Shown here piece after piece: positions 10,685 to 23,000 of a stretch of DNA of 57,295 bases. Numbering within the stretch: position 1 is the first letter of the stretch; each line of letters starts with the position of its first letter. Source of the DNA: Mesotaenium endlicherianum (Eukaryota); contig WELA01002336.1 of NCBI GenBank assembly GCA_009602735.1, forward strand, positions 326,268 through 383,562, given 5' to 3'. A program made the translations under genes and the position numbers. The notes beneath the pieces are model-generated. The model did no database searches, was not told the DNA's origin, and was given only the letters and a program-made list of their open reading frames with translations.

Positions 10685-12362
10685 TGTGCGGGCAATCTAT
10701 GCTTTGCTCAATAGCAATTGTGAGCCTGGGTGGAAGGCGACAGCAATCATGGCGGATCAAGGACCACAATGGTGCCTTTTGGCTCCCTGTGCAAACAATC
10801 GCCAAGTCCCGCCCCTCGAGACTCCTCTTGTGCCGCGCTACAGGCGTCGTGCTGGCGTTGCAGACATTCCTCCTCTGTGGAGGTGCAAGGAAGCAGAAGA
10901 CTCGAGAGCGAGCGGTGTGCCGAGGCCACCGGACTCCGGTGGGCCTTCGGCGCTTCGCTGTGTTGGTTGTGCCCGGAAGTTGGAAGAGTAGCTAATTGTC
11001 TTCCTTCCTCCTCGTGCATACCGCTGGAAAGAACAAGAGAAGGAAAGAGACTAAGAGTGCCCGCCTAATCTACTGCTGTGCCCTCTCTGCTGTCTTTCGT
11101 CACGCCCATCCTCTCTGGTCACCGAGAAGTGCCAGGACCAACATGAGCAGACATGGATTCTAGAGCTCTAGCTCTTTGGATTCCGGAAAATATTTGAACG
11201 ATCTGAGAGCTCGGGGGCAAGGAAGAGGCTTGCTTCTTGGAGATAACCCCGGGACACTGTCCACTGGGGTCAGAAGATGAAAGGCCCTTGGAGACTTGCA
11301 TGCGCAAAGGTGGACCAGATGAGAGAGAGACAAAAGCGAGTCAAATGGAGGCATCAGAGGAAAGCACACTCCTTGGAAGGCCCAAACATGTAAATGACTG
11401 GCCTGGCTTCCCAACACTGGAGTCACGAGTATATACCTCACCTTGCGGTTTCCCGAAAAAGGCGTCGCTGAAAAATGAGGGCAAACATGCTCGAGAAAAT
11501 TCAAAAGGGCATGCAGCACAAACTCAAGCCTCCCCCCTTCCCCCAAAATAGGAAAGAAAAGAACCGTTGAAATACAAGGTTCAAGGAGAGCTGACCTGGC
11601 TCCAGCTCAGCCTACGACAAGCAAGCAGGTGTCATCCACAGATGGCTCGACTTCCTTCTATAGTCAAAAGGGAGTCTGCCATGAGAGCTGCACTGAGAAT
11701 GACTCGCTTGTCCCAAGCTGAAAGAATTGAGACTGCAAGATTATCATGTGGATCCACTGCAGCTTCCGTCTTGTGGTTGCCGATTTCGACCTAGAACTAG
11801 AAATTATTATGCTCTAGTCCAATCCATAGGTGTGTACAATGTATGGCCCGAATTCTGTAGCTTATAAACTTCATCTTAATGCTCTGCTCTTTCATGTCGC
11901 GTAAGGAGAGCAATTACTAACATTTTTGTCTACAATCAGCTCCTGAACGTACAGACAACTGAATTTCGGGCCTAGCTATGGCAATCAATATTGGTGATAT
12001 TCCCTTAGTTTCTGGAGAAGTCACACAATGTTTAATAAAAGTAAATAGTTTACGCTGGAACAATCATGAAGTGCCAATTGGTACTTGGAGAAAGAAGGCT
12101 TAGGAAAAACCCGCAGTGGCTTGCAAGAAAGAAACATGGCTTTCCATGTCCTAGAGGAAGTACCAAAGCAATGTGTGACCTTCGAAGCAACAATGGTCAT
12201 GCAAGCGCACCATGAGGTTACCACAATCACTTAAAAACCAAAACAATCGGGAGCAATAACATATGGAGATGATCTTAGGACCGGGGATTCATGCATGTGT
12301 TAGTATTTGCTTGATTCCATACATCAATTGAGCCCACACAATGACACGTGACCATGAACCAT

Positions 12363-15300
12363 CTAGATGACCAGGGAAAATGCGCCAGCTGCAGCCCGAA
12401 GGCGGCCTGCAGCAGCTCTCCATGAGCCCTCTGGGGCAGTCGCACCCAACACATAAATCTGCAACAACACACCTCCCTGTCAATACCAGCCTTCGTACAT
12501 CCGATCCTTTCCTCCACCGCACCGCACGGACTGGCTCAGCCTTTTACAGTTGGGTATGCACTCAAGCCTGTGCATTGCAAGATAAAAAGAGGTCAACTCG
12601 GAAGCCTGTCTACAAAGTACATAGGCACATTTTTTCAAAGAGACTGACGTTATACCTACGTGTGCCCACCATCTCTAATGCAATCTGCAGCAAAAAAGCA
12701 GCGCACGCTCTCTCCCAACGAACGGACACAGCACGTGACAGCATACACCTGTGCATATCAGTCACCATTCATCCATTATATGGTACAGATCTCAGCACCC
12801 TCAATCTTCCCCAGGCCTCTATTCCTCTGCTCAGTCCCCACAAATCCTCCCCCCTCCACCCTCTTCTTCCTTCCATGATGTAACAGAACAAGCACATTGT
12901 TTGATCAAAAGCAGCCACGAGAAAGACACTCTAGGAAGTGGCATCCGTAACCTACGCGCAGTACGTTGCTGACACATCAACAGAGGCACATCACCTTGAG
13001 CGCCACGCAGAGGCATATGACATGAATACTACTCCATCTTTCGAGAGGCATTGCCTGAAATGCTGCTCGTGCAGGGAGGTAGACGATGAAAGGATGCAGA
13101 CACCCAAACAGGGACTAAAAGGGGTGAGAAGCTAGAGGGTGGGCGAAAAGACTCGTGATTCAAAGACACAAGCCCTGCTCCTGCTGCTGCTGCTGCTGTG
13201 GTGGCAATCATGTTACCTTGCCTTTGGCGGCCACGCAACTCATGGCCACGTGCACGCCCTGCGCTACAAACTCATACAGATAGTACGTCCTGCACATCCA
13301 CGCAGCACACACGCAACACACAAACTCGCCACACACACACACGTAGCACAAAACACACATATCAATGCAGGGCTGCTAGAATTCATACATAATGCGATCA
13401 TAGCTCAACGGACACACACAACGTGTTACTGCTTGCCGAGTATGTATCATGTATGCTTCCGAACAGGCCACATCGTTTTGGTACAGGAGCCCATGCAGAG
13501 TGCCAGTCCAAACAGGCTCATCGCTACAAGGAAGAACTCAGGTCATCCCCTGCAACCAAATGGCTACTTTTTGCGCACAACCAGAAAAAGGTCCTCAATA
13601 CACATTCCCATGGAGCAGGGGCCGCCTTTGCGGGGGGGGCTTTTGTGAAAGGCATGAACTTACTCATCTCGAATTCGGACAAGAAGTTCATTTGCACTCG
13701 AGCAGAAAGATTTGGTGCCGTACCTTTCCACTCTCCTCGGCGTGGCGGTGTATTCCCGAGTAGCCAGCAGCTTGGCGCCAGCTGTCACCCCCTCAAAGAA
13801 TGGAATCGCACCAACAGGCAGCACACACAACGTGATGTGATGCGACGCAGCGTGAAGGGGTAGCAAGCGGAGCCAGGACCCGTGGGGGCACCGCCATCGT
13901 GTCAGCTTCCCAGTCGCGATTTGGACTCCACATCTTCCCTGGGGCATCAGTGCCACATGCGATTGATTGTCTTCTGGCATCTCCCTCCAAAGCCAGCCAC
14001 CCAAGAGGGGCGGAAGCACAAGTGCGCACTTGCATGTCTGCCAGCCATCTGGCACCCGCCACCTGCCACCTGCCATCTGGCACTCTGGCATCTGGCATCT
14101 ACCAACGTCTCTCACTCCAGCTGTCTGCGTGACCCTCGGTGGTGTTGAGTGCCCTCCCCCTGGATTTCTGACATCTGTCCCTTCAAAATTCTGGTTATCC
14201 AGCTACCTATCTGAGGGAACAGAAGGAACTTGAGGAGCAGAAAGGTCACTGAGAGAGGCCAGCCGTACTCTGGCAGACTCTTGCACATTGTACTAGGAGC
14301 GGGAAACACTGCCATCACGCCACTCTCTTCTTTCAACTTTCTCCGGAGATGAGAAGGAACTACCGAGAACACGCGGACACCTGACACTACGATAACATCT
14401 CTGCTCATGTCTCTAAAGGCAACATAGGCAGCCTCGCCAGATTTGTGAACTCTAGAATCTTCTAAAAGGATTAAAATCAGTTCCCAGTACACACCCGGAC
14501 CCAGCCCTCATCCACTCCGAACTCAGCCTCTCCCCCCTAAAGCCAGAATATTATTCCTTACAGGTGACACCCTACAGCCAAGAGGATCTGGAGGAGGTTC
14601 CTGGAGGATGGTCGGGAGTGAACAAGGGTACCTGGGACGAGCACGCTGGCTGCTTCCTGGATGCTTCCAAACTGGCTCACGTCGTTCACCTGCACGTGAT
14701 TCAGAGGGGAGGAGGGAGTACCAGAAAGCCAATATGAACAAGCCCGAGCAGAAGGTTCAGACCCGAGTGTGGCACGATTCATGAGGTTCTTTTCTTGCGG
14801 CCAGTCTCAATTCGATCCTCTCCGCCCTAAACCCAAAAAACAAAGCTTCCACCTCAAATCCTAGAGAGCAAAGAGAGGGAGTACAAATTCGGAAAGGGAG
14901 GAGGGTGAGTATGCAGAGAAACGTATTTTGTGCTCCTCCATAGATCTGCCCACTTCCATCAAAACAACCCGCATACAGCAACACTCACGAGCAAGGCCAG
15001 AGGCTACAAGGGAGGCATTGGGGCAAGGACCAGCGTCAGGGTCAGGGTCAGGGTCAGTGACTGCGTTAGAAGAGGAAGGGGGCTCAGGGAAGATGAGCTC
15101 AGAAGACGCCTAGGTCAATCGGAGTGGACTTCTGGAGCTGACGGAGGTCGGGCTTAGGGCGAGGCTTCTGGAGCAGGGCTTTGGGGAGGGGGGGAGGGGG
15201 GGGCACCTCGAAGAAGGTGAGCTTGAGTGTGGCCGAGGGTTTCTCCACCACTGTGATCACCTCCTGCCTGCAAACAGAAGAAGCAGCAGCAGCAGCAGCA

Positions 15301-18300
15301 GCAGCGTCAGAAGCAGCCATGATGAGACAATGTCAAGATTCACAAACAGGGCCGGCCCCAGGTCGCCCGCCGGCGCTCTCTAGTACCTCCCTGTCACCTC
15401 TACCTCAGCCTGACACCGCAACTGCCATTGCGGGTCACCAGCGCGTACAGTGAGCACAGGAGAGGTTGAGTTTTGGGGCCGGCTTGAGGGGTAACTTTTA
15501 CACTAGGGTACAAGGTTCAGGGATTGAGCTTAAGTTTCAGGATTAGGGCTTGGGCTCTGAGCACGGTCCCAGTGGCAGCTGCTGCAACATGGGGGGGTGA
15601 GCGGAGCGCATACAGGGCCCAGGCAATAGGCTGGCCATGAGGGGTAGCGAGTGAGCCCAACAAAAATGATGAGCTTTCAAGGACGTTGCCGGGTGCACCA
15701 GCAGTGAGAGGTATTAAGGCCAAACCCAGAATCCGACTTCAGGTTTTAACGCCTCTGTGCTTCAAGTACCTGGCCGGCAGAGGCCCCGACCCTAATCGAA
15801 AGACTAAACCCTGAGCCCCGAGGTGAGTGGCGCCCAGCCAAGTGCATGTTGTGAAAGAGCCCAGCGGCGCAGCAGCGGCAGCATCACCACTACCGAGGTC
15901 GTGCCCACCCGCACTCCACAAACAGATGCGTCCCGCCCTTCCTTTCTATACAAATTGTGGCCCTCCCTCCCTCCCTCCCTCTCTCCCTCCTGTTCTCTGT
16001 CCCACTCTCTCTCCCTCCCTCGCTCCCTCTCTCTCCCTCCCTTCCTCCCACATATAAGCCAGCACATATAAGCTGGCGAGGGGTAAGCTGGAGAGTGAGC
16101 GGGCGTGGCATGATGTGGCGAAGTGAACTGGACCGACCTATCGGGAGAGGCGAAGCGCGCGAGGAAGGGAGGCGCGGGGGCACTGCTCTCGTTGTTCGTG
16201 GACCGCACCCTGTCGTCAATCTGCGCACACGGAAAGCACACGCACTCACGCGCACACGCACACACACATACGCGCACGTATAGACGACCGCGGACGATAG
16301 CAATTCCACGCACAGCTCCCCATCTGATTTGCGGTTAAAAAATGGAAGGGAATGGGTGACAGCCGAGGCTTTTGGAGCCTTTAGGAGGAACGGGGAGGTG
16401 GAACGTGAGTGGAGCCCAATCATATGCTATCCAGATCTTCTATGCAGGAAATGAGTGACCTGAGAAGCTCCTTCTCATCCCTCTTCATACACGGAGCATA
16501 CTCGATACCGATGACATGTATGGCTTTATCCTTATCAAGGTGGTGACTGGTGGCACACAAAAGAGGTGGCACAGGAAGAGTGCGCGGGATTGCACGCCAG
16601 CCTGGACTTCAAGCTTCTGCCATTGACTCCAAACTCAGCCCACTCCCAACGACGATGGAGCAGTAGGCCTCGTGTGCTGGGCAGCTTGAGTTCGGCGAAA
16701 GCCAGCCAAGTGGATGGGGGCTGGATCGGGAGATAGTGGCGGTACATCTTTGCTGGGCTCCTCATCTTTGAAGAATGGGTGCCGTTCGAGATACTGCTGC
16801 TATGCAGGGCTAGTCTCTGCTGACTTGCCCGGGCGTAAGCATAGACCATGAGCACCACCAACCGCAACTGATAAGAGGCACTTTCTGAGTTGCGCCTGGG
16901 CAGATGAATTTATGATTCCGCATAAGCAGATATGTACACAACAGATTATCCACATAAAATATGTATACATAGAGTCGTCCATATGTATGTCTATATGTAC
17001 TGTATATGTACGTGTATATACATGAACGCACATATATATATTTATATATTTATATATATAACCGTCGTGTTTTGTGCACGTACATGTGCTAATGTACACA
17101 TAAAAACAGATCGAGCAAACACAGTAACGTACACATGGAGCAACGAAGAGCACCATTACCAATCACCGGCACGAACTAATAGAACAAATGACATTTACTG
17201 ACGTGAATTCAGTACAGAACAGGAAGAGCAGTAGCAGATGACTATGTCGAGTGGGGCCATCCCTGTTGGGGAAGAAAGTGGAGAGGGGAGACTGAGAAAG
17301 AATATCCAACGATGCATTGGAGGGACAGCATCCTACCACGGGCTCAGGCATGATGTCCTCGAAGCCAGGTGGCACTCTGACGGCAAACTTGTCCCCCCGC
17401 ACGCGCTGCCAGTTCTCAACCTTGAGGGCGACGCTGGCCGGGACGTTGCTGGGGGCGCCAGCTGGCACCTCTCCAGGGGCGGTCGCCGGGAGGGGAGCAA
17501 CGGATGCTTGCGATGGAGGCAGAGATGGAGGGAGGGCCTCGATCGCGTCCAGCAGCTCGGAGCTTCGCGGAGCAGACACACGTCAAAGGGGGAGAGATGG
17601 GGGAGCGAGGAAGGGCGGGGAGGACGGGGAGGGGGAGNNNNNNNNNNNNNNNNNNNNNNNNNNNNNNNNNNNNNNNNNNNNNNNNNNNNNNNNNNNNNNN
17701 NNNNNNNNNNNNNNNNNNNNNNNNNNNNNNNNNNNNNNNNNNNNNNNNNNNNNNNNNNNNNNNNNNNNNNNNNNNNNNNNNNNNNNNNNNNNNNNNNNNN
17801 NNNNNNNNNNNNNNNNNNNNNNNNNNNNNNNNNNNNNNNNNNNNNNNNNNNNNNNNNNNNNNNNNNNNNNNNNNNNNNNNNNNNNNNNNNNNNNNNNNNN
17901 NNNNNNNNNNNNNNNNNNNNNNNNNNNNNNNNNNNNNNNNNNNNNNNNNNNNNNNNNNNNNNNNNNNNNNNNNNNNNNNNNNNNNNNNNNNNNNNNNNNN
18001 NNNNNNNNNNNNNNNNNNNNNNNNNNNNNNNNNNNNNNNNNNNNNNNNNNNNNNNNNNNNNNNNNNNNNNNNNNNNNNNNNNNNNNNNNNNNNNNNNNNN
18101 NNNNNNNNNNNNNNNNNNNNNNNNNNNNNNNNNNNNNNNNNNNNNNNNNNNNNNNNNNNNNNNNNNNNNNNNNNNNNNNNNNNNNNNNNNNNNNNNNNNN
18201 NNNNNNNNNNNNNNNNNNNNNNNNNNNNNNNCCGCGGCATCCCCCTCCCTCTCCCCCTCCTCCTCCTCCTTTCCTCCTGACTGTTTCCTTAAGTTCAAGC

Positions 18301-19409
18301 AGCCAGGCTACAACCAGAAAGCTACATACACAATACGAGACCTGGCAGCTTCTCCTGGCAAAAGCAGTGCTTTCCCTTTGTCAACCTGCAACAGCGGCTC
18401 GTACATTAATCCAGCACTGGGTCATCCATTTACTCTGTGGAGTATCATCAGCCAAAAGCTAGGCGCAGCGTGTCTTTTCCTCATTTACTTTCTCTCCCTT
18501 CTAGTTCCCACAAAGACAAAACTGAGAGGATCTTTTGCTGCTGCAGCTACAGGCTCAAGGAGTAATTGCTTTGGTACGGCCACGCCCTCGACTGTCACAA
18601 TATGCACTTGAAACCTCCACACTTTGCGCTATGTGAGCTACTTTCTTTCTCACACATGAAGCTAGATTACTTGCATGTGGTGTGTGTATCCTCATTCTAA
18701 GAGGTAGTGAATGTGTACACTTGGATTCTTGATCGTATCGGAGGTGCTAAGCCTTGCAAAGGTCTCGTACAATGGCTCTCCTCTCGCCCCCTTGGATTCC
18801 TAGACTGCATGAAGCCCACCGTTGACAAGTGTCTAAGCTAGAAAAGCATACCCCTCACCTGCCTTTTACCACCTCAGCCAGTGCTGGCAGGCAGCTGCGA
18901 CCAGTAGGGAGAAGAGCTGATAGTAGCAATCCAGAAGCTGCCACCAAAATGCGTCTCTGAACCCTACTTTGACTCAAGGTCTCACCCCTGTGATGATAGT
19001 GTGGCACCTCTTCAGACCTTTCTATTCCGCAGATCGACGAGGCCAGAGCCTCGTTTACTTGAGTAAACTCCAGTTTTCCAACTGAGCAACTTCTTTTATG
19101 GTTGTGTGCCTCATATAGAGAAGCTGGGTGGTGTGAGCGGTCTGTCGTTATGCCTTCAGGTATAGACTCAGAAGTATTCACACAGTGTAGCCTGTAAGAT
19201 GAATGTAGTCGATTTGAGAGAGAAGAGCACGTAGACATCTTCCAAGACGGTGAGATTTGAGGACTAGCCCTGCAGGGAGCTGAAATCTGCTTAATTACTT
19301 GACGAACACTATGACTTGACGAGCTGGTACGTTGCCAAGTCCCAGCTTCATGCTGAGTATGCTGAATAGTAAGCAGCTGTGCAAGCGGTTGGCAGCTAAG
19401 TGATGCCAT
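12363..19409 (-). CDS. PPD5: PsbP-domain thylakoid lumen protein, PPD5-like, about 401 aa, 8 exons
   Basis: Exons 19409-18859, 17562-17337, 16220-16138, 15267-15207, 14689-14632, 13781-13724, 13289-13217 and 12458-12363, all phase-consistent. Peptides WQRVRGDKFAVRVPPGFEDI, FLARFASPD, EVITVVEKPSATLKLTFFE, VNDVSQFGSIQEAASVLVP, RTYYLYEF and IYVLGATAPEGSWRAAAGRLRAAAGAFSLV match plant PPD5. Exon 1 has a transit peptide plus RR-hydrophobic-ALA Tat signal. An N gap in intron 1 could hide sequence. Confidence 0.9.
17638..18231. other. Assembly gap (largest of several N runs)
   Basis: N run. Others lie near 23272-23416, 25148-25326, 37989-37999, 41766-41825, 47700-47748 and 48020-48045, mostly at G-runs or microsatellites. 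Confidence 0.99.
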
Positions 19410-20098
19410 CAGCTCGCAGAGCTTTTCAAGAGGCCGAGGTTCTCGCTCCAAAGCGCTTTAGCAAGCAAAGATGGTGGGTGCTCTTCAAAAGTGAAGTTCC
19501 ACTTCCACCAAAGATGGCTCTGGACAACAAGCCCTCATGCAGCTCATCTAGTTCCAGAAATAGTGTCAGCAGAAGGCTATGTAATGCTGAGTCCAGATAT
19601 TGCTGGATATTTGCAGCAGACTGCGCTCGAACGAGGACGAAGCAGGAATTCAAAAGAAGCAATTATTTTGTAGTGGATGACTAATATGTCGTTCTTTTAA
19701 AAAAAATTATTTAAATAGGTTAGTCATTGACTTATTTTGCCACTCTTTTATAGCTTATTTCCAAGTTGTATCATATGTGACTTTAAGCATAGAACACATT
19801 CACCTCAGTTCAAACGCAACGCTCAATCACGTTCTCACACTGGTGACGAACGTGCGGATTTGGGACGTTGCGCTACATTTTCACACGAGCATAGCAAGTA
19901 GCTCATATAAAGGCCCCTTACGGCCCTGGTAATGTTCAGAACCTGCGACCTGGGCTTGTTGTGTTGCATATAGAGCGCCTCAAGTATAGTTCAAAACGAG
20001 GTGTTCTCGTTTCCTCCTGATGGTTGCTCTACGGACCCTTAACTAGATCAATCGGTGCACCGGACGTGTGCAGCCCTTATCTGCTACTTAAAAGCAAC
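19410..20098. promoter_or_regulatory. Probable bidirectional promoter between PPD5 and TMEM147
   Basis: Only 689 bp separate the two divergent ATGs. Contains an AT-rich tract (about 19680-19800) and a TATA-like catataaaa near 19905. Confidence 0.55.
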
Positions 20099-23000
20099 AT
20101 GCCGATTCTCCATGCCTTCAACTGTGCTGCGTTAGCCTTTGGTCCTCACGCAGTTTATTATAAAGCTACGCCCCTGTAAGTACTGGTTTATCGACTTTAA
20201 CATGATAATCAATTTTTTTCTCCCACTTTATCATCACGTGCCTACTAAGGGAACACATTCATTAGTCAAATGAAATATCCAGCAAGCTACTGCCGGTAGC
20301 TCTTTTATGTTTTAGAGGTACTTATAATATTGGGGTCATTCTGGTAGTCCTGTGCTTCCTAACCATCTCGAAGAATGCAATGAATCCTTTATTAATCCAG
20401 TGAGGAGGGTCCTACATCTAGGTCCGGGATGGGCAGGAAAGAGAAGCCTTGTGACATATATGGCTTACCATGAGTTAGGAATCTATCTTCCGAGATGCGG
20501 TACTAATCGAAGGAACCCGTTCTGAGCTAGTGCGGTACGCAGTAGATGACGCCAAATGAGTTGGGAGACATGGAAGGAACTAAGCTTCTTATCGAATCTG
20601 GAGGCCAAGAGAAAGAGAGGGATATTGTTCCAATCCAAATGTCAGGCTTGATGTGGTGCATAGAGTCAGTCTGGCTACTGTTGACGGCGACCGTTGAGGG
20701 GTTGAGTAGCTTTTGAAGCTTCGGGAGCGGGGACAGTTTTTGAGCTGGCTTGTGTCTGAGCAAGTCTGTGGGAAGATGTGTACCTTGGCTCTCTATATGG
20801 TTGTCACAGTACTTTCCATCTTTGCACATTTGACAAAATCTCCTCCTCCAACTGCTCTCTTGCAGGGCTGAGTATGACACCTTCAATGCAGTCATCAGGT
20901 CAGCTGCGGTGTACATGGCAACCACACTCATAAAGGTGTGTTGAGATCCTAGTGCCGGTGGAGTGTGCCTGGGTGTTAACATTATGCTTGTTGTGCCACT
21001 CTTAGACCTTTCTGGTAGGAAGCAACCTGCTCCAGGGTTGGTAGTAATCAGGGGGAGCAGCCAGACCCCAGGGTTATGCATGGGAGCCTTTGAAGGAGCC
21101 TTGGGTGAATCAGTGGCTGTAAGGCCTTGCCAGGCTGCTGGGTGCATGGGAGCCTTTCAAGGAACCTGTAGAAACTCTGTGGCTGTAGGGAGCAGCCAGA
21201 GCCTAGGGGTGCATGAGAGCCTTTGCAGGAGTTTCTAGACGCTCAGAAGGCTCAGAAAGTTCACGACCTGAAAAAAACATACTCGGACTTCAGGGCTCTG
21301 CTCAACGTCTGCCTAGTTCCAGCCTCACGGGGGCTGGGGAGCTTCATAGCTTCAGTGTTCAACAGCTTGCCTTGAAGCCGCCATCTATGGAAGGCTGTGG
21401 GAGCTGAAGTTGGAACCATTAGCGTGTGGCGAATAGCCAGTCATGCAAGGGCAGTGCAAGAAAGGGGTGACATGCTGGCAGCTCATGTGCTCCAGAAAAA
21501 GAATAGGTGTAGCAGAACCACATGCACTCTTTGTCGCACATCGGCACTCCTGCCTGCATAAAGTAAAACCACTTGTGACAAGACAGTGGCCTTACAGGAT
21601 CTTAGAGTCCTGGCATGCATAGGGATGCCGAGGAAGCATGGATGTGTGTGTGTGTGTGTGTGCGTGTGTGTGTGTGTGTGTGCGTGTGTGTGTTTGGTGG
21701 TGGGCCCAGCAGGAGTGCACGAGCCCAAGTGCTTGCGTGCCTGCTCCTTGTCTTGTATGTTGCTGGCAAGTTGCAGCAGTGTCCCCCTGGACTCAGCCTT
21801 AGGCAGCAGGGGTGTTTGCCAGTGTTGAAGAGGAAGGGGGCTTTATTCTCTTCATACTACCAGGGAAACCATGGGACGCACTGGAAGGCATGGGCACCCC
21901 AGTACCAGCAACACGGTGCACACCCTTATCATTCCAGGCTGACGACCTTCTTTACCTTCTTCTTTTGGTTGTTTTGGGGGAGGACAACTGGTGCAGCTGG
22001 TGCTGTGGGCCACGTTCTTGAAAGTGGCTGAGGACGAGGTGACAGATGGTGTCGGTCCCTATGACCCGTATCAGGTGCATGTGTCGCCTCACCTTGCTGC
22101 CTGCCTGCTTGACAGATCAGCGGATACATGGTCAGTTTTTGAGAGTTTTTCAGATGGATGTACTCTCGGCACGTTGAGACTTAGCTCCTTCTGGCAGCAA
22201 TCTGTGCGCAAGGGGGCTGTCCAGGGCCAGCGGCAGGGCTGAGGCCGAGGAGGATGCAGCGGCACCTGGCGCCTCTCTGAGGCCTGGTTGGCTGTTGATG
22301 ACTGGCTGCCCGGGACTTTGCTTTGCTTGCCCACTGCCACTCGCGTGCATAACCTCCTTAGCTGCCAAGGCTCGGCAGCACCAGGACTTGGGACCACTCA
22401 ACCCCCTTTGCATGAAGGAAGAGTAAGATCAAGGGGCGAGGCTGCAATTCAGAAAGAGTTCAGAGGAAGGAGTGGGATGAGTGAAGGAGGTAGGCTTGGG
22501 GTGGGAGGCTCTCTGCTTTGCCTGGCAACTAGGACACGGACAGCTGAGGATAGAAGAAGGGTCCTGTTCTGGACGTGCTTGACCCGCTGCATGCCTCCCT
22601 CGGACACCACCCTATCTGAAAGAAAGAGGGGGGGGAGATGTGTGCACGTCCTTGCTGTCCTTGATGCCCCCGCTGCTGCTCGTGACGGCGGCGGCGGCAG
22701 CGGGTGGCGGCAGCAGCAGCAGTGCTGCTGCTGCTGCTGGCAGTGGTGGTGGTGGTGGTGGTGGTGGCTCTGGATGCGTACATCCATAAGTACTCAGACA
22801 TAAGTATGCTTGTTTTTTAGACATGTGGACACATGTATGCCCTGTGCAGGTGGCTGCCTGACACGTGCTCGCTTGCTCTATATAGCTGACGCGTGGCGCT
22901 TGCATGCCACGTGGCACAGGAGATGCTGAAGGCGGCCATCGGGTGCTTTGACGTGGCGGGGCTGTACTACGCGCTCACGCAAGTCACCTACCGCAACATC

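Noticed and set aside
14280..14470. Plus-strand peptide (CTRSGKHCHH...NIGSLARFV) resembling a LINE ORF2 3' end; similar hints at 10780-10995
   Set aside because: Too short and degraded, with no RT, tail or TSD to support a call.
17238..18611. ORFs of 250-450 aa
   Set aside because: Their length comes from reading through the N gap.
20450..20530. Possible intronic C/D snoRNA ending in CTGA
   Set aside because: No convincing box C, terminal stem or recognisable rRNA guide.
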